From Camelus ferus (taxonomy: Eukaryota): 64,000 nucleotides of DNA. The notes below the pieces were generated by a model. It was not told the origin of the DNA, made no database searches, and saw nothing but the letters and a program-made list of their open reading frames with translations. Of this stretch, positions 11,561-24,400 are shown in pieces. The stretch lies in the NCBI RefSeq assembly GCF_009834535.1, contig NC_045697.1, positions 18,726,001 through 18,790,000 on the forward strand, in the 5' to 3' direction. Both the position numbers and the translations under genes were made by a program. Position 1 is the stretch's first letter; each line of letters opens with the position of its first letter.

Positions 11561-14179
11561 AGGAGAGCATGCTGGAAGACATGAATTAGAGCCACAGATT
11601 GGATATCACCCACATAATTGAAATAAACGTGAAAATTTTTAAACTTAAAGCATAAGTCATTTCTTGAATAGTAAGTTAAAACACTCACAGGAAAATGTTT
11701 TATTTTGGTTTTAGAACTGTGACATTGGCAGTAACTGATTCTCATATTGTGTCTTCAAAGTTAGTAAGTGTCTGTGACTACTCTGGTGGGCAGTGTTCTA
11801 GGTGCTTGCACATTTAAGTATTATTTAAGCATTATATAGCTGCAGTTTTTTCCTGTTATTGTCTACAGAGAAGTTGTACTTGGTCAGAAGTTAGTGACTT
11901 TCTAACCTACGATTCCTGACTCCCAAGTCCAGAACTTGATCAGCACATTCTTTATACCCATGACCACATAATTTTTCAAGCTATCAAAATTTAGATTTTA
12001 TTGTAAACGAAGAGAAACCTGAGCAACTAAACTCAAGGAGAAAGAAAATGATACAGAGAAACTAAATTCACTCATAACCATTTTTATAAACATATACATA
12101 AAAAAAAGATAGTAGAGGTAAATTTGATTTAGGCTTTTTAGCGTTTCTTACTTAGGTTCCTCTCAAATCCTAGAAAGGAAAGAAGCTTCTGTTGATTTGC
12201 TTGTTTTGAATAAATGTATAGTATTTGTTATGAGCTGATTTACTGTTTCACTACCTTTTCTTCCTTAACATTCTTAACTCACACTTTGAACAGTGTACTG
12301 TTCTTTCATCTCCCTTTCCACGTTTTGGTCTCCCAAACTGATAACAGCTTGCTAACACCGGTCCAGAAAGGATAGTTGTGTGTGTGTGTGTATGCATGCA
12401 TGTATTTATGTTTAAATTACGCCTGTCCATACTATGCCATCTAGAATTCTAGCAAAAAATTCGGGCATATCCCATTTGACCCCTGGCAGTTTGCCACTTT
12501 AAGGGCAGCACTAGCATCAGGCACTCTGATAGAAATTTTTATCGATACTACTAAAAATTAGTACATACATTTTAAGAAAAGAGCTTCCCTGGTTGGGAGT
12601 TCCTCAAAAGTAAAATTAGCTAAATATTCCTCTTCCACCAGTTGCTAGATCCAGAGTGTCTTTTAGTTATTGGGCCTCATTGATCCTGAGTTTAGCCTCT
12701 GAGCTGTATAGGTGCGTGATGTCCTCTCACCCCCAGTGTTTAACTGGAAAAGGAGTCAGGTTTTACTGTCAAGATTGGAATCAGAATTGTTTATGATTCT
12801 TGAGACTATTCTTTGAAAATTACTAAAACTAGGTTTAACTTTAGATTTGAAATCCTTGTTAGCAGTGGCAAAAAATAGTTTACAGTTGACATTCCTATTA
12901 TGTGATTTTCATATTTTATGTAATTGTTTCCAAGTACTTGGTGGACAAAACTCATTTAAAATTCAAGTGTCTGTAGAACACATCCCCTAAATTTTGATAT
13001 CTAATTTAAAATACTTTGTTTCATTAATTCATTATTTGGTATTTTTCTTTAGAATTTCTTATATGTAATAAGCCTGTGAGAATTAATGTAAAAACACTAC
13101 CTTGGCTACCCTCTTTGGACACAGCGCAGTGAAGGAGGCTGTACCAACTGGCGTGAGAATGTATTTCTGCTTCTTCTATAACAAGTGAAATGCTTTGTAG
13201 ACAGCTGCGTAGGTCTTTAATATACATTAATTCTGCAGTTAAACGGTATGTAGTTGGGCATCAGAATTTCTAATGGACATTCCCTTTATGATCAACTATT
13301 TTGGACTTTATCTAATGCTTAAAAATGAATTTTACAGAAGCTATGTTGTTACTGATGAAGATAGTTTTTGAAGGGCCATTGAAGTTTCTTCCTATGACAG
13401 TTTTGAGCCCTTAAATATAGTAACTGAAAATTTTTCTTTCAGCAATTAAAAAGTGGTTTCTTTGAGTCATCTAACTTGTTACTAAACATTGACGTAGTTC
13501 TGTTGATCACTTCTGCAGTTAGTTTTGGAATGCACTGTAGTACATGGTTTCTATTCAAATTTGAAGTTCCTTTGGAGTTTCCTGTCCTTAATTTGGGGAA
13601 TTTTTCAGCACTTTTTGTTACTCTTTTAATTTAATCGTGTTTTGAAGCATAGTAGAGTGTTGACCATCTGCTCTTTTTTAATTTTTATTTTTTTTATTCC
13701 TGATGACCTGACTGAATGGCCTCATTTCCCTCAGCTAGTAAATGTTTTGCTTCCCACAAGGCAGACCATGGGCCAGGGCCCACTTGGGAAAACATGGCAG
13801 TGCGTCCTCTTAAGGAAAATAACTGTCATCCTCATTTTTATTTTGTCACTTAAAGCTTATATTGATAGCTGCTTTGATTTACAAATCAACCTTAAAAGAT
13901 CTTAAAGTGCATAACTTCATGAAAAAACTGAATTTCCTTTGTAGCAATAAAATGAAATTTCCGATTTGAGTGAGTAAATATGATTCTGACCTTTCTTAGT
14001 GGCATTAGTGAATGTACACACAGTCTGTTGCTAAACCATAACCAAAAATCTGTCTATGTATATTAACTACATTTGAATGAGAAGTGTTATAAAATTAGAT
14101 TATTGCTTTATCAGCCAGGTTGAAAAATAAGCTTAAGTGTTGGATTTGATTTCTGATTGTTTCTGGGAGATAGCTTGGC

Positions 14180-14410
14180 ATAGCAGCACGTGCAGTGTGG
14201 GTTTTTGAGTTGGACGTGTGTGATGAAGTATCTGATCCACCACTTTCAGTCTCTGATGCATTATGTTAAACAGATTAGTACTAAATCTCTGTGAGCCTCA
14301 ACCCCCTCACCTGCAGGGGGGAATAAAAGGCAACTAGTCAGTTTTAATGAGTGGTCAATCAGGATGAAATAAAATAACGCTAAAAGCCTAGCATGGTTCT
14401 TTGCATATTG
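14180..14410. mobile_element. MIR SINE
   Basis: Degenerate core aatctctgtgagcctca...cacctgca. Confidence 0.55.
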
Positions 14411-16208
14411 TCAACAGATGTTGGCCCCAGTACACCCCTATCCCCCAACGATATTTTACAGCAATATTTTGTAGAAAAAGTGCTAACATTAAAGCTATAG
14501 GATCTAAATTTAAGTCCTAGTACTTTTCTCATGTTGCATGTTTTCTTGGATCAGTAAGTTGACCACAGAGTGTCAGTTTTCTCCTGTAGAGCAGGTTCTG
14601 AAAACTAAAAGATAATGAGTGCTGCAGACTGAGGCTTTTATTCTTTTCTTTATTATCTAATGTATTTGTATCTTACCTTATTTCCCAGTGGCTAACATTA
14701 TTTATGTGCAAGGGAGGAGCTGTACTTCAGGAACATTAACCTGATAGTTGTGTTTAGGATGCATTTATTTGGAGCAGCAGAATATAGGAAACAGCCTGAG
14801 TGTCCTTCCAGGAGATTGTAACATTGTTAAAGAGGCTTTGAAAGGTTTTAAGCTTGGAGGGGTTAGGGTCAGGGGGTTGTTCTAAAGTGGTAAAATGATC
14901 AGTTTAAAAAGATGGTTGTGGTTGCAATTATTTCATTGGACCAGGGCCCTTGTTTCTGTTCTTCATTAGTTCTTCCCGCCTACCCTGTAGAGTTTTCCTA
15001 TATGCAGTTCTGCCACCATTATCAGCTTTCTGAAGAGTGACCTACATTTTGTAATCTGCATTCCCCACAATGTGCAATAAATCTAAATCTCAGGAGTGTG
15101 TAATTTTTCTGACAGTGAAATTGAGAGGTTTTCATCAGTTGAATCTACCCTTTCAAACAGGAAATAATTTCTCTTTCTCCAGCACATACTTTTTAGCTTT
15201 AGCTGGGAAACTTTTGTCATTTTCCATTCCTGACTGTTAAACTTTACACAAGCTGTTCCACAAACCCAGAGTATAACAAACCTCTCCCAGCTACTTTCTT
15301 TCCTTAGAAGCCCTTTTTATGGCTTGCTTTTATTAAAAATTTCCTTATCAGTCAGCCTAAAGTAATGTTAATTGCTTTACAACATGAATGGACGTGTGTA
15401 TTACTGATAATTTATCAGTTTTACTTCCTTTGTGTAGTTGCGTATTCTTTCTTTCTTGTAACTCGAGGGTCAAACTTGAAGCAAAAGTAGAGTGAGTTCT
15501 TAGATTTAAAATGTGATACGTAGAATTCTTACTGTATCATTTAAACAATGATGTTTTTAATGGTTTTATGTAAGAAAGGTGTAGTGGGATGAGGAGGAAG
15601 GAGGAACCAGGTAACTTGCCAAGGCAATCACAGAGCAGCACTAAAACCTGATAGCCATCTATCTGTTCATTTATATGCATGCTCTTCATAGAAGCAAGCT
15701 TTAGAAACTGAATCTCCTTACAGCTTAATGACTTCCATGGAATTAAAATGAGTCAATAATATTAACACCAGAAGTGACATTGTTTGAAGGAATCCCTGTG
15801 GTGTCTGTTAACAGATTCCCTTTTATACAGGTATGTGGGTGATTTCCAGCTCTCATTCAAAACAGAGTAGAATAGTTGGTCAGTTGAGGTGGATCTGGCA
15901 CCTACCAAGTGTTCAGACCTGTCTTTTAGGTTATTTTCATTCCTTGAGAGGAAAACTGAAGAATCAGTTGGGGCAAAGAGATCTGTGGGCTTTGGATAGA
16001 CCTCAGTAAAAGCAAAGGCCGTCCACTCTGACCACTAAGCATGCACTCCTCCTCGTTCACACGCGGGTCACATTAGAAATGACAGTGTTACGTAGTAGTA
16101 GCAGCAGCAGCTGCTTTGTTTTTCTTAGTCATGGGAGCAGTTAACACAGCGCACTAGTGGCTTAACATAACAACACTTAAGTCCTTATTTTTTGTTTTTG
16201 TTTTTAAG

Positions 16209-16374
16209 TTATTGAAATTATGAAACTATCATTCAAATGGAAGCATTGTAGTTCTTCGGAACCATTATGATCTCAAAAGGAAAGGAGAATGATACAGATA
16301 CACTGGCTGAGGTGTTTTGAGGTGCATCGAAGTGTTCCAACCTGTGGCTTACCTTAACATGTTCTTGAAGTACC
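16209..16374 (+). other. RBPJ: Likely 5' UTR portion of the MAWIKR exon (exon about 16209-16391, 183 nt)
   Basis: A T-rich tract cttattttttgtttttgtttttaag ends in AG at 16207-16208, a good acceptor upstream of the ATG. The boundary is inferred from motif only. Confidence 0.65.
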
Positions 16375-16391
16375 ATGGCGTGGATTAAAAG
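16375..16391 (+). CDS. RBPJ: RBPJ alternative N-terminal coding segment (MAWIK-R)
   Basis: gtaccATGG is a strong Kozak context. ATG GCG TGG ATT AAA AG is followed by the donor gtatgc at 16392. The phase-2 end joins the next exon to give MAWIKRKFGERPPP, matching the known mammalian MAWIKR isoform. Confidence 0.9.
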
Positions 16392-18249
16392 GTATGCTTT
16401 AGAAACCTTCCAGTGACCCCAAGGTCATGGGTAGAATGAACGCTCATGATTCTATATTTAATTATCACGTATTTTAAGATATTTTAATATTTAGATTGCA
16501 AATGTGGATATAGGTTTAATGCAAGTATTTTTTGTTTTAAAAAACCACATATCACAACCTTGAGTGATTTCTTAAAATTTTTTTTCTTCTTTTCCTTTTT
16601 GAGATACGGTTATAGGAGATTCGGGGTAGATATTTTCCCTAGATTTTAATAGTTTGGGGCTATAATTTCTTTGACCAAATAGTTTAGGGATTATTCATGT
16701 GCTAGTCTGTAATTATATTTCTGGTTTACATCATAGACTAGTTTCTCTGCAGTGCTGTCATTTTGTGGTAGCTTAAACAGGAAGTAATTGGATAAATTCT
16801 TCAGTTGAGGTATTAATTTGACCAAACAAAGTAATTTTTACTTGGACCATTAATAGTTTGCTTTTTTCTTTTACAAAGAATTTTTACTGAGAGGAAAATG
16901 AGTGATTATTAGTTGTGTGATATTGTTTTATACGTATGCAATTAATCCTTTATGTGTTTGTGGTATGTAGTCCCACTGTTACTTGTGGTTGCTAGTAGCT
17001 GTAATTCTAGGCTTCACATTACCCACCTAACCATCAAATCTTTTAAGGTTTTTATGTTCATAGCATTTTATTTGAGTGATGTAGTCAAAACCACTTCTTA
17101 ATTATTCAGAACCTTGGAAACTTCCTAAGTTTGTACCGTGTACTTGCTACCAAGTGTTTTCTTAAGGGTGGTGGAAGTGAATCAACTCAGGAAGAATGCT
17201 GAGTTTATTAATGTTACATTAGATTCAGAATTCTTTATCTTTTAGGTAATGAAGGAAAATATATTGGGAAGGTAAAGATTAAATCATGGGTGTATAAATT
17301 TAATAGAAATACACTTGTATAGTCTGTAATTTTTATCACTTAGGCTACCTTATGTTAAGATCATTTTGTCCTGTCAGCAGTTAAATTCTTAATGGAATTT
17401 AGTTATTAAACCTAAGACAAAACTGCTTTATACTAAATTGTAAACTATAATAATAGTGGTCTAGTTAAGTTCAAGGTGAAGTCAACTACCTATTAATCAA
17501 ATTGAACTAGATATTTTATGTCAAATACAACAGAATTTTTTCTCCAAAAAGATCTTTTCTGATATGAGTTGGAGATGATATTTATACATAGTTTACAATG
17601 TATAGATATAGTTCTCTGTAATAGTTGCCACCTCAACTTAAAAAAATCTTTTTAGCATAGCACTTGGGCATCTGTTTTAATGCCACAGAGGATTCTTGAT
17701 GCACAGCCAGAGGTGGGAGGGAACTCCTTTCCCTTTGAAAGAGTTGTAGCTTAGTGGTTAAGAGCTCAGATTCTGTGGCCAGCCAACCTGTGTTTCAGAT
17801 CTGGCAATACTTTGTTTTGACGGGTTGTAAGGATGATGTGGAAAAAAATATAAATTCATATATTAAAAATAGAATACCATAAGCATGTAATTTATATATT
17901 GCATTTTATGTATGTGTTTATGTATGTATATATACATATAAATAAGTGATATACATACTTAGTGCAGGATTGAGCATGCAAGAAGCCAGTGTTAGATTAA
18001 CAGTGGTGATGATTATTAAATGCCAGATCAGGAACCTCTTTTTGGGGGGTATGATGCTATTACATTTTTTCTTATCCTGAGTCTCATACTTTCTTTTATG
18101 ATCTTCCTAGAGTTGAATAAACAGTCATTCTTTGCTGATGTTTTCAAATATTTGAGCTTTTTCTCATCAGTAAAAGAAGGTGGCCACTAGAGACTGGTAA
18201 TTTACCTGTGGTCCTCTTATCCTGCTAGGTAGGTTTGTGTGTCCTCTAA

Positions 18250-18480
18250 AGCTGTGTTTCTCAAATTGCAGGTTTCAACCCATTCATTAGTGGATCAAGA
18301 AATTGATATATTGTGTTATTATCAGCATTAAGACATGTATTATAATAGAAAATAAAATATCAGTGCAGTGAATGTAAAAAAGAGTACTTTTTTTAAACTT
18401 CTGTTTCATTTTTTAAAAATACAAAATAAACAAAATATATACACATCTGTATATATGTTGATTGGATTTAGTTCCACTAA
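18250..18480. mobile_element. hAT-Charlie MITE (MER103C-like), copy 1
   Basis: Starts ctgtgtttctcaaattgcaggtt, with internal atagaaaataaaatatcag and aaacttctgtttca. Confidence 0.5.
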
Positions 18481-18802
18481 AGTGTACCCCTGCCATGTCG
18501 CAGATGTCCCTCAGAAGTGGTATTAGTTTTATGTTGTTTTGCCTTGCTGAGAAGTGATAAGGATAGGTTCCAGTCTGTGGCTTCTAATGGTACATACCAT
18601 ACTCTCTGTATTGCCTTCAAGGATACCCCTACCATCCTTTCCATTTGAAGTGAAGGTTATTACAGGAGAATTATCTAAGGAGTGGAGAAGAAAAGGAGAA
18701 CATAATAGCTGCAGCTTTTGAGCAGCATTAACCAAGTCCGTTTTATCAAGCAGAGTAATCCAGTATACTGCCCCTTCTCATGCATTCTGGTGTTAATCAA
18801 CT

Positions 18803-18990
18803 CAGTGGTTTTCAAACTGCCAGTGGCAGCCATTCTGGAGTCAGTTTAATAAGTTGCTGCCTCTCCTTTCCCCGTCCCATTAAATGAAGCAGAAAAGAAC
18901 AGAATAGGAAAATGTCATGAATGTGTCACACAATAAAGTTTTGTAAAAACTTATGTTTCTAGGATATGTACGCGTACTGGATTGCAAACC
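18803..18990. mobile_element. hAT-Charlie MITE (MER103C-like), copy 2
   Basis: Starts with the hAT TIR cagtggttttcaaactg, with internal agaataggaaaatgtca and aaaacttatgtttct. Confidence 0.5.
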
Positions 18991-21281
18991 TAAGTTCTAG
19001 TAATGCTCAACTGGGAAACTGTGTGAAACTCAATCTTATCAATCTATATTGCCAACTGACCTCAGCCAGAGAAGACTTCAGTCAGATACCTAAAACAGGA
19101 TTATTATCTCAGTAGTTTTATCTCTGATGGAAGGGAACAGTTAATTAGCTATGAAACCTTGTTTTTTGTTGTGTTATTTGGGGGGGGGTTCACACACAAA
19201 CACGCGCACACTTGCCCTGATAAATACTTTAAAGGCTCATGGGTAAGAAATTTATAGTATTTCCTAGTTGCAGAGGAATTTCTTTGCATTGATTAAGGTG
19301 ACCTGTGCAATGAAAAAGTACAAAAACCTGATGATACATACTAAAACCCACCTACTGCATTTTCCCCGTTCCTTCTGTCTTAGGACTTTTTCATTAATTG
19401 GTACTTCTTTAATTCAGAAATTAAATATGAAGTTTAATGTTGAAAAAAAACCCCCATAAATCAGATATGTTACAAGTATTTAAGGTGGTCAAAATGTTAG
19501 AGCTTCTGTTTTTGTGAGGATTTTGATAATATTTAAAGTATTATTTTTCTTGGATTAGTACCTCTGCCTATTACAGTGTCCTAGTAACAGCAGACACTTG
19601 CTTTATAGATTTATTGAAGATGATCAGAGTTTCTGGTGGATTATTAAAAAATAAAACTTCAATGTAGGGCAGTGTCAGCATATGTGTGTTTTAAGATTGT
19701 GTTTGAAATACAGGTTCTTCCTCCCTAGAAAACAAGAGAATGAAGACTTCTGGTAAATTGTTTCATAGCAATGGAATTTGTACATTAGTTTTCTACACTT
19801 GGGAGTTGAAAAGTGGAAAAAATCTTTGCCAAAATAAGAGGTTAAAAGATAATAAGCACAATTCATCTTTCTCTCCAAGTTTTGGAAATTGAGTCAGACA
19901 TATATAGTTCCTGCTCTGAATTGACTGTAAGATACTAAACTTAGAAATGGTCTTTTAAAAGAAGGTATGCAAAGCAGCCCCCAACCCCGCACCCCAGTGG
20001 GTTAACTACTTTCGGGATGGATGCTTGCTTTTCTTAGCATCAGTGAGTACAGACACAATGTTGCTAGTGATGCAGGCGGAGAACAGGAACCTGTGGATTC
20101 AGAGAATGGGAGAGTTGACTCTCTTTCGTCTGTTACTGTTTCCCCAAATTCCTCTAGCCACTGTCTAGTCGTGGTCTTCTCCCAGACTGTCCAACTCTTC
20201 CTACTGGTATCAATAGCACTGCTTGGCTTTTCATCATTATTTGTCGTGTTTACTCCCAGCTTCATCACTCTCTGCCTCATGGTGCGTATCCTGCTGGGTG
20301 CAGGGTTTCATGTTTTCACCTTACTGGCATTTGTTTCTTCACAACTGTGTCCCATTTACTTTGGTCATCAGCGCGAGAGCAACCTGTCATCTTTTTCTTG
20401 CAGAGATTTTTTTCCTCCTAAAGTGTAGTTTAAAAGGAAACTACATTCTGGTTTAGTTGGCCCAGAACCGAGATCAGTGGCCAAAGGCAGAACCCCAATC
20501 ACACATCTAGGTTTTGAAGTAAGCACATTTCATAAATTACTATGTTAATTATTAGATATGGCTCCAGTATGCATTTGGTTACTAAAAACTCAAAAACACC
20601 CTCTAAGAATGAAGATTAACTGCTTTGAAAGTATTTTAAGAGATATTTTAGATTCTGATGGTAATAAAAGATTTAAAAAATCTTTTGAGTAGAATATGCT
20701 GTGTCAGTAATTGTTGTGAAAATTAGAAAATCTCTTTTGAAAAATACCATGAGGTTGGCTGATCTTGTTCTGTTGAACTGTTAGCGGGTTATGGGGAAAG
20801 TGTGTAGATGAGCAGGAAGATGTGGATGCCTTCTTTCCTGGAAATGCCGAACTTGTTGCGTCCGTGAGGAGTGCAGCTTCCTTTATGGAGCCCAGGTGGC
20901 CCTGAGCTAGGGTCCTACAGTCCACGTGCGCACTAGTGAGCGCTGTGAGGCGCCCACAGCTGCGGAGGAGGGCGCTGCAAATGGAGTGATGGCAGCTTTA
21001 GCAGACCCCGACACGTCTGCCGGTGCTGCTCTACCAGCTAGCAGGGCAACTTGTCATCTTTGAAAACAATGACTGAAAATGTGCTACTTTAGCAGATAGT
21101 GTTCAGGAAGGACAACTGCCTCCTTTTCCCCTACCCCATAATTATTTGTTGTAAGGAATCCTGTGGATTCCTGGGGAGGGGGATAAGACAGAAAACGTTT
21201 TCAAAGCGTTTATTTTGATTGAGTGCTTTTGTGTTTTATCACAGTAATGGGTAGATGATGGTGATTCAAAATGTAGGTAGA

Positions 21282-21419
21282 GGGGATTAGGTAATAGCTC
21301 AATGGTAGAGTGAGTGCTTAGCATGCATGAGGGTCCTGGGTTCAATACCTAGTACCTCCACTAAAAATAAATAATAAATAAATAAATACATACGTACATA
21401 CATGCATGCATCCTTTAAA
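21282..21419 (+). mobile_element. tRNA-Ala-derived SINE (Vic-1-like)
   Basis: tagctcaatggtagagtgagtgcttagcatgcatgagggtcctgggttcaatacctagtacctcca plus an (aaat)n tail. TSD aaaatgta(g/t)gtaga at 21268-21281 and 21420-21433. Confidence 0.9.
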
Positions 21420-24400
21420 AAAATGTATGTAGAAGTGCTGGTGGTAGCAGCTAGGCAGCTAGATTAATTAAGTGCATGAAATTTAATTTAATTAGCCTAG
21501 GGACTGGGCAGAGGCAGGTAACATAAATATATAAAACAAGTGTGACTTGGAGCAGGTAAAATCCACTGAAAGCATTCACTTTTGAAATAAAAGCTGTAGT
21601 TTCCTCTGCAGGGAGCCAATTTCCAGTCTTCCCTCCCCACCCCCACTCCCACATTATTTAAATTTTGTTTTGTCGACTTCTGTATCCTCAGCCCCAGGAC
21701 AGTGACTAGTCATAGCAGTTATTTAGCAAATACTTGTTGAATGAATGAACTTTTTGATAGTACTAGATTCTTAAGACATGCATCTGTCCTCTCCTGGCAG
21801 AACAGGCCTTTCTCTTATTTAATATCAATGTTTTAATTTAGAAATGGAGAGAATGAGTGGGTATGTAAGGAAGTACTCTTATTTTGAGATTATCTTAATA
21901 TGTACAGTTTTGTCATTTGTTAGCTCTTTGGTGAGTTGGGGTTTGTAAATCTAAAGGCCAAGAAAATCTGTATATGTAATAATAGCTAGCATTTTAGCAG
22001 GTACAGCTCTTACAAAATGCCCCCCTCCACGTATTTTAGTGGATTAATTCAGTCTTCAGCCAGCTTTCCAGGTTTTTACACTTAACTTTCCTATTTTACA
22101 AATGTGGAAACTGAAGCTCTAGAATAACTATGAGAGGGCTGGAGTTGGTTTTTTTTTTTTTTTTTTTTTTGGTTAGAGCAATTCAGTAGATTTTTTCACA
22201 ATGGGAGATATCCAAGTGTGAGTTTTTTTATAGGGAAAGAAGCTATGCTCCTATCTCACAGAAGAAAAGCTCTGTGTTTGAACTAAAACATTTCCATACT
22301 TGGGATTGACCAGATTTGGTTTGTTAGGAGGCGGACAGTTGCCCTTTTATGGCCACTAGACACTCCATTGCTCTCTTTTATGTCTCCTCAACTTAGTGAC
22401 TGTAACACTTCTTCAAGCAGTCTTTTCTCCTTTTTTACCGATCTCTTGCACTCTGATGTTCTCTTCTTTTTTTTTTCTAACCCTCACCTCTCCTTCTCCC
22501 TCATTTACATGCAACCTGAGCAAATGAGAACATTAACTCTACATTCCTACCATTTAGAATAATATGTGAACAGTGCTTTTGAGTCTGAGAACCTGGCAAG
22601 CCAAGTGAGAAATGAGGATGCTATGAAAATAGCATAGAATGTAGGTCCTAGGAAGTTGTCCAAGAGTGAAGAGGGCTGACCCGGGACAAAGTAGTAGTCC
22701 TCTTTCAGAATAAACAGTTTGTTGAGTATAATGCCTGACTAGCAGGCTTAATTTCTTGAGGAATACTAGAACCAAATCAAGGCATCGATGGATAACCAGA
22801 AAAAAAAAAATCAAAAGTTAGAATGACTCTCCTTTGACTTTAATTTTCATTCCAAAGTTCAAATTTATACTTAGAATGAAGGATTTAATTTCAGTCTTAA
22901 ACTATCCTTCATACCTAGGAGACACTACCATTTAAAGAGCCCAGGGAGTTAATTTGTTAACGGCATCATTAATATTTGCTTACACACAATAGGTCTTATA
23001 TTAGCATTTGATTCTTGTTATTATAAAAAATTGCCTGGGTGAAATTGCTAAAGACTTGCTCCTGATGTATGCAAGTTTTCCTAACAATTAGTTTTAGACT
23101 CAACGAAACTACATAAAAGAACATAAACTTCTAAGGACCTCTTTTCAGCTGTATTGTTTGTAGCCCCATTTAGATCTTGATACCACTTCTTAATAGAATC
23201 TGTCAACACTGTGGATTATCACTTTTTTGAAGTGTCAGCATGCCTCATTAAAGTACATTGCTATTGTGGACCAACAGCAGTTATCTATAGCATGGTATCT
23301 TTGCAGGGCATTCTTCATGGGAAAAGTAGATAGTTTCATTAAGGTGAGAAAATTAATCATCATTTTAGCTCTTTGGACTTGGTAAAATTAATTCCTTTTT
23401 TCTCCTTATTATAAAATTTGTGATGTTAGTACCAGCTCATTTGGTGGACAGTTTGTAATTTTTTCCTCTATTTTAGAAAATAACTTATTAGACATTTCAG
23501 ATCAGTTTGTTCATAATCATTGGTTAATTCAAAATTGTTGGTCTAAATAATTAAGAACTATGATTTCATGACAGTTTTTTGCTTTAGTGTCTTTTTTTGA
23601 CAGATGACTTGCCGTTATTATAGTTCATTTGTTTGGTGAGCATATACTGTATACAGACTTGTATTTGAAAACGTGATGTTAATGTGTGCAGTTGAGTCAA
23701 CCTTAATGTGAATTATACAAGCATATAGCTTTGGATGTATTTCTCTAACATACACTTCTGATATTAAAAGAAAATTTGTCCAGCGTGAAAGTTATGGCCA
23801 AAAAAATAAAATCCCTGGTGCCTCTCCAGTTTATTATGTGAACAGGTTGGCATTTTCTTCATTACTGGGATACTTCTAATTCTTTAAAGGCTCTAGATTT
23901 GACTAATCGTTATAGAGTTGTTAAAACAATCAGATTTTCCTGGTTTACTTAACTTTATAGCATTGTTTCATATTCCCTAGTTGGATTAGTACAGCATTTC
24001 ATCCTTGAGAGTCAATAGTTCTGGTTTGCTGAGAAATAGTTTACAGGTTAAGAAGTTGTTTTTCTAACACATTTAAATAAATTTTCACGTGACAGGTGGT
24101 TTGTTTAATGAAAAAATCGAATAGGCATTAATTTATCAGTGAAGTAGAGGGGGAAATGTCAATATTTTGTGAAGGCAAAGAAGATACATGGTTCAAACAC
24201 TAGAGCGTGGCTTCCTTATATATTTATATATAATCTTCAACCTTAGTAATGATCAGTGTGTAATCAGAAGTAGGGGAAAGCCCTACCTTGTGACTTTTTG
24301 AGCTCCAGTTTTCCCTTCTAAATTTGAAATAATGCCTGTCTCGGGATTGTTAATGAGAGTTAAATGAGAGCGTATATAAGCAGATGTATTCTGTTTGTTG

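Noticed and set aside
18250..18990. Local segmental duplication
   Set aside because: The two similar stretches are highly diverged and each begins with a hAT-type terminus, so independent old MITE copies explain them better.
20002..20456. Overlapping 135-aa, 92-aa and 77-aa ORFs with a hydrophobic stretch
   Set aside because: There is no recognisable homology. The hydrophobicity follows from T-rich sequence, and there is no retrocopy hallmark such as poly-A or a TSD.
21282..21360. Possible genuine tRNA-Ala(AGC) genes (also at 3456, 8690, 34143, 55600 and 55872)
   Set aside because: Stems are disrupted by substitutions and indels, and they carry AT-rich tails (some with TSDs). These are SINEs.
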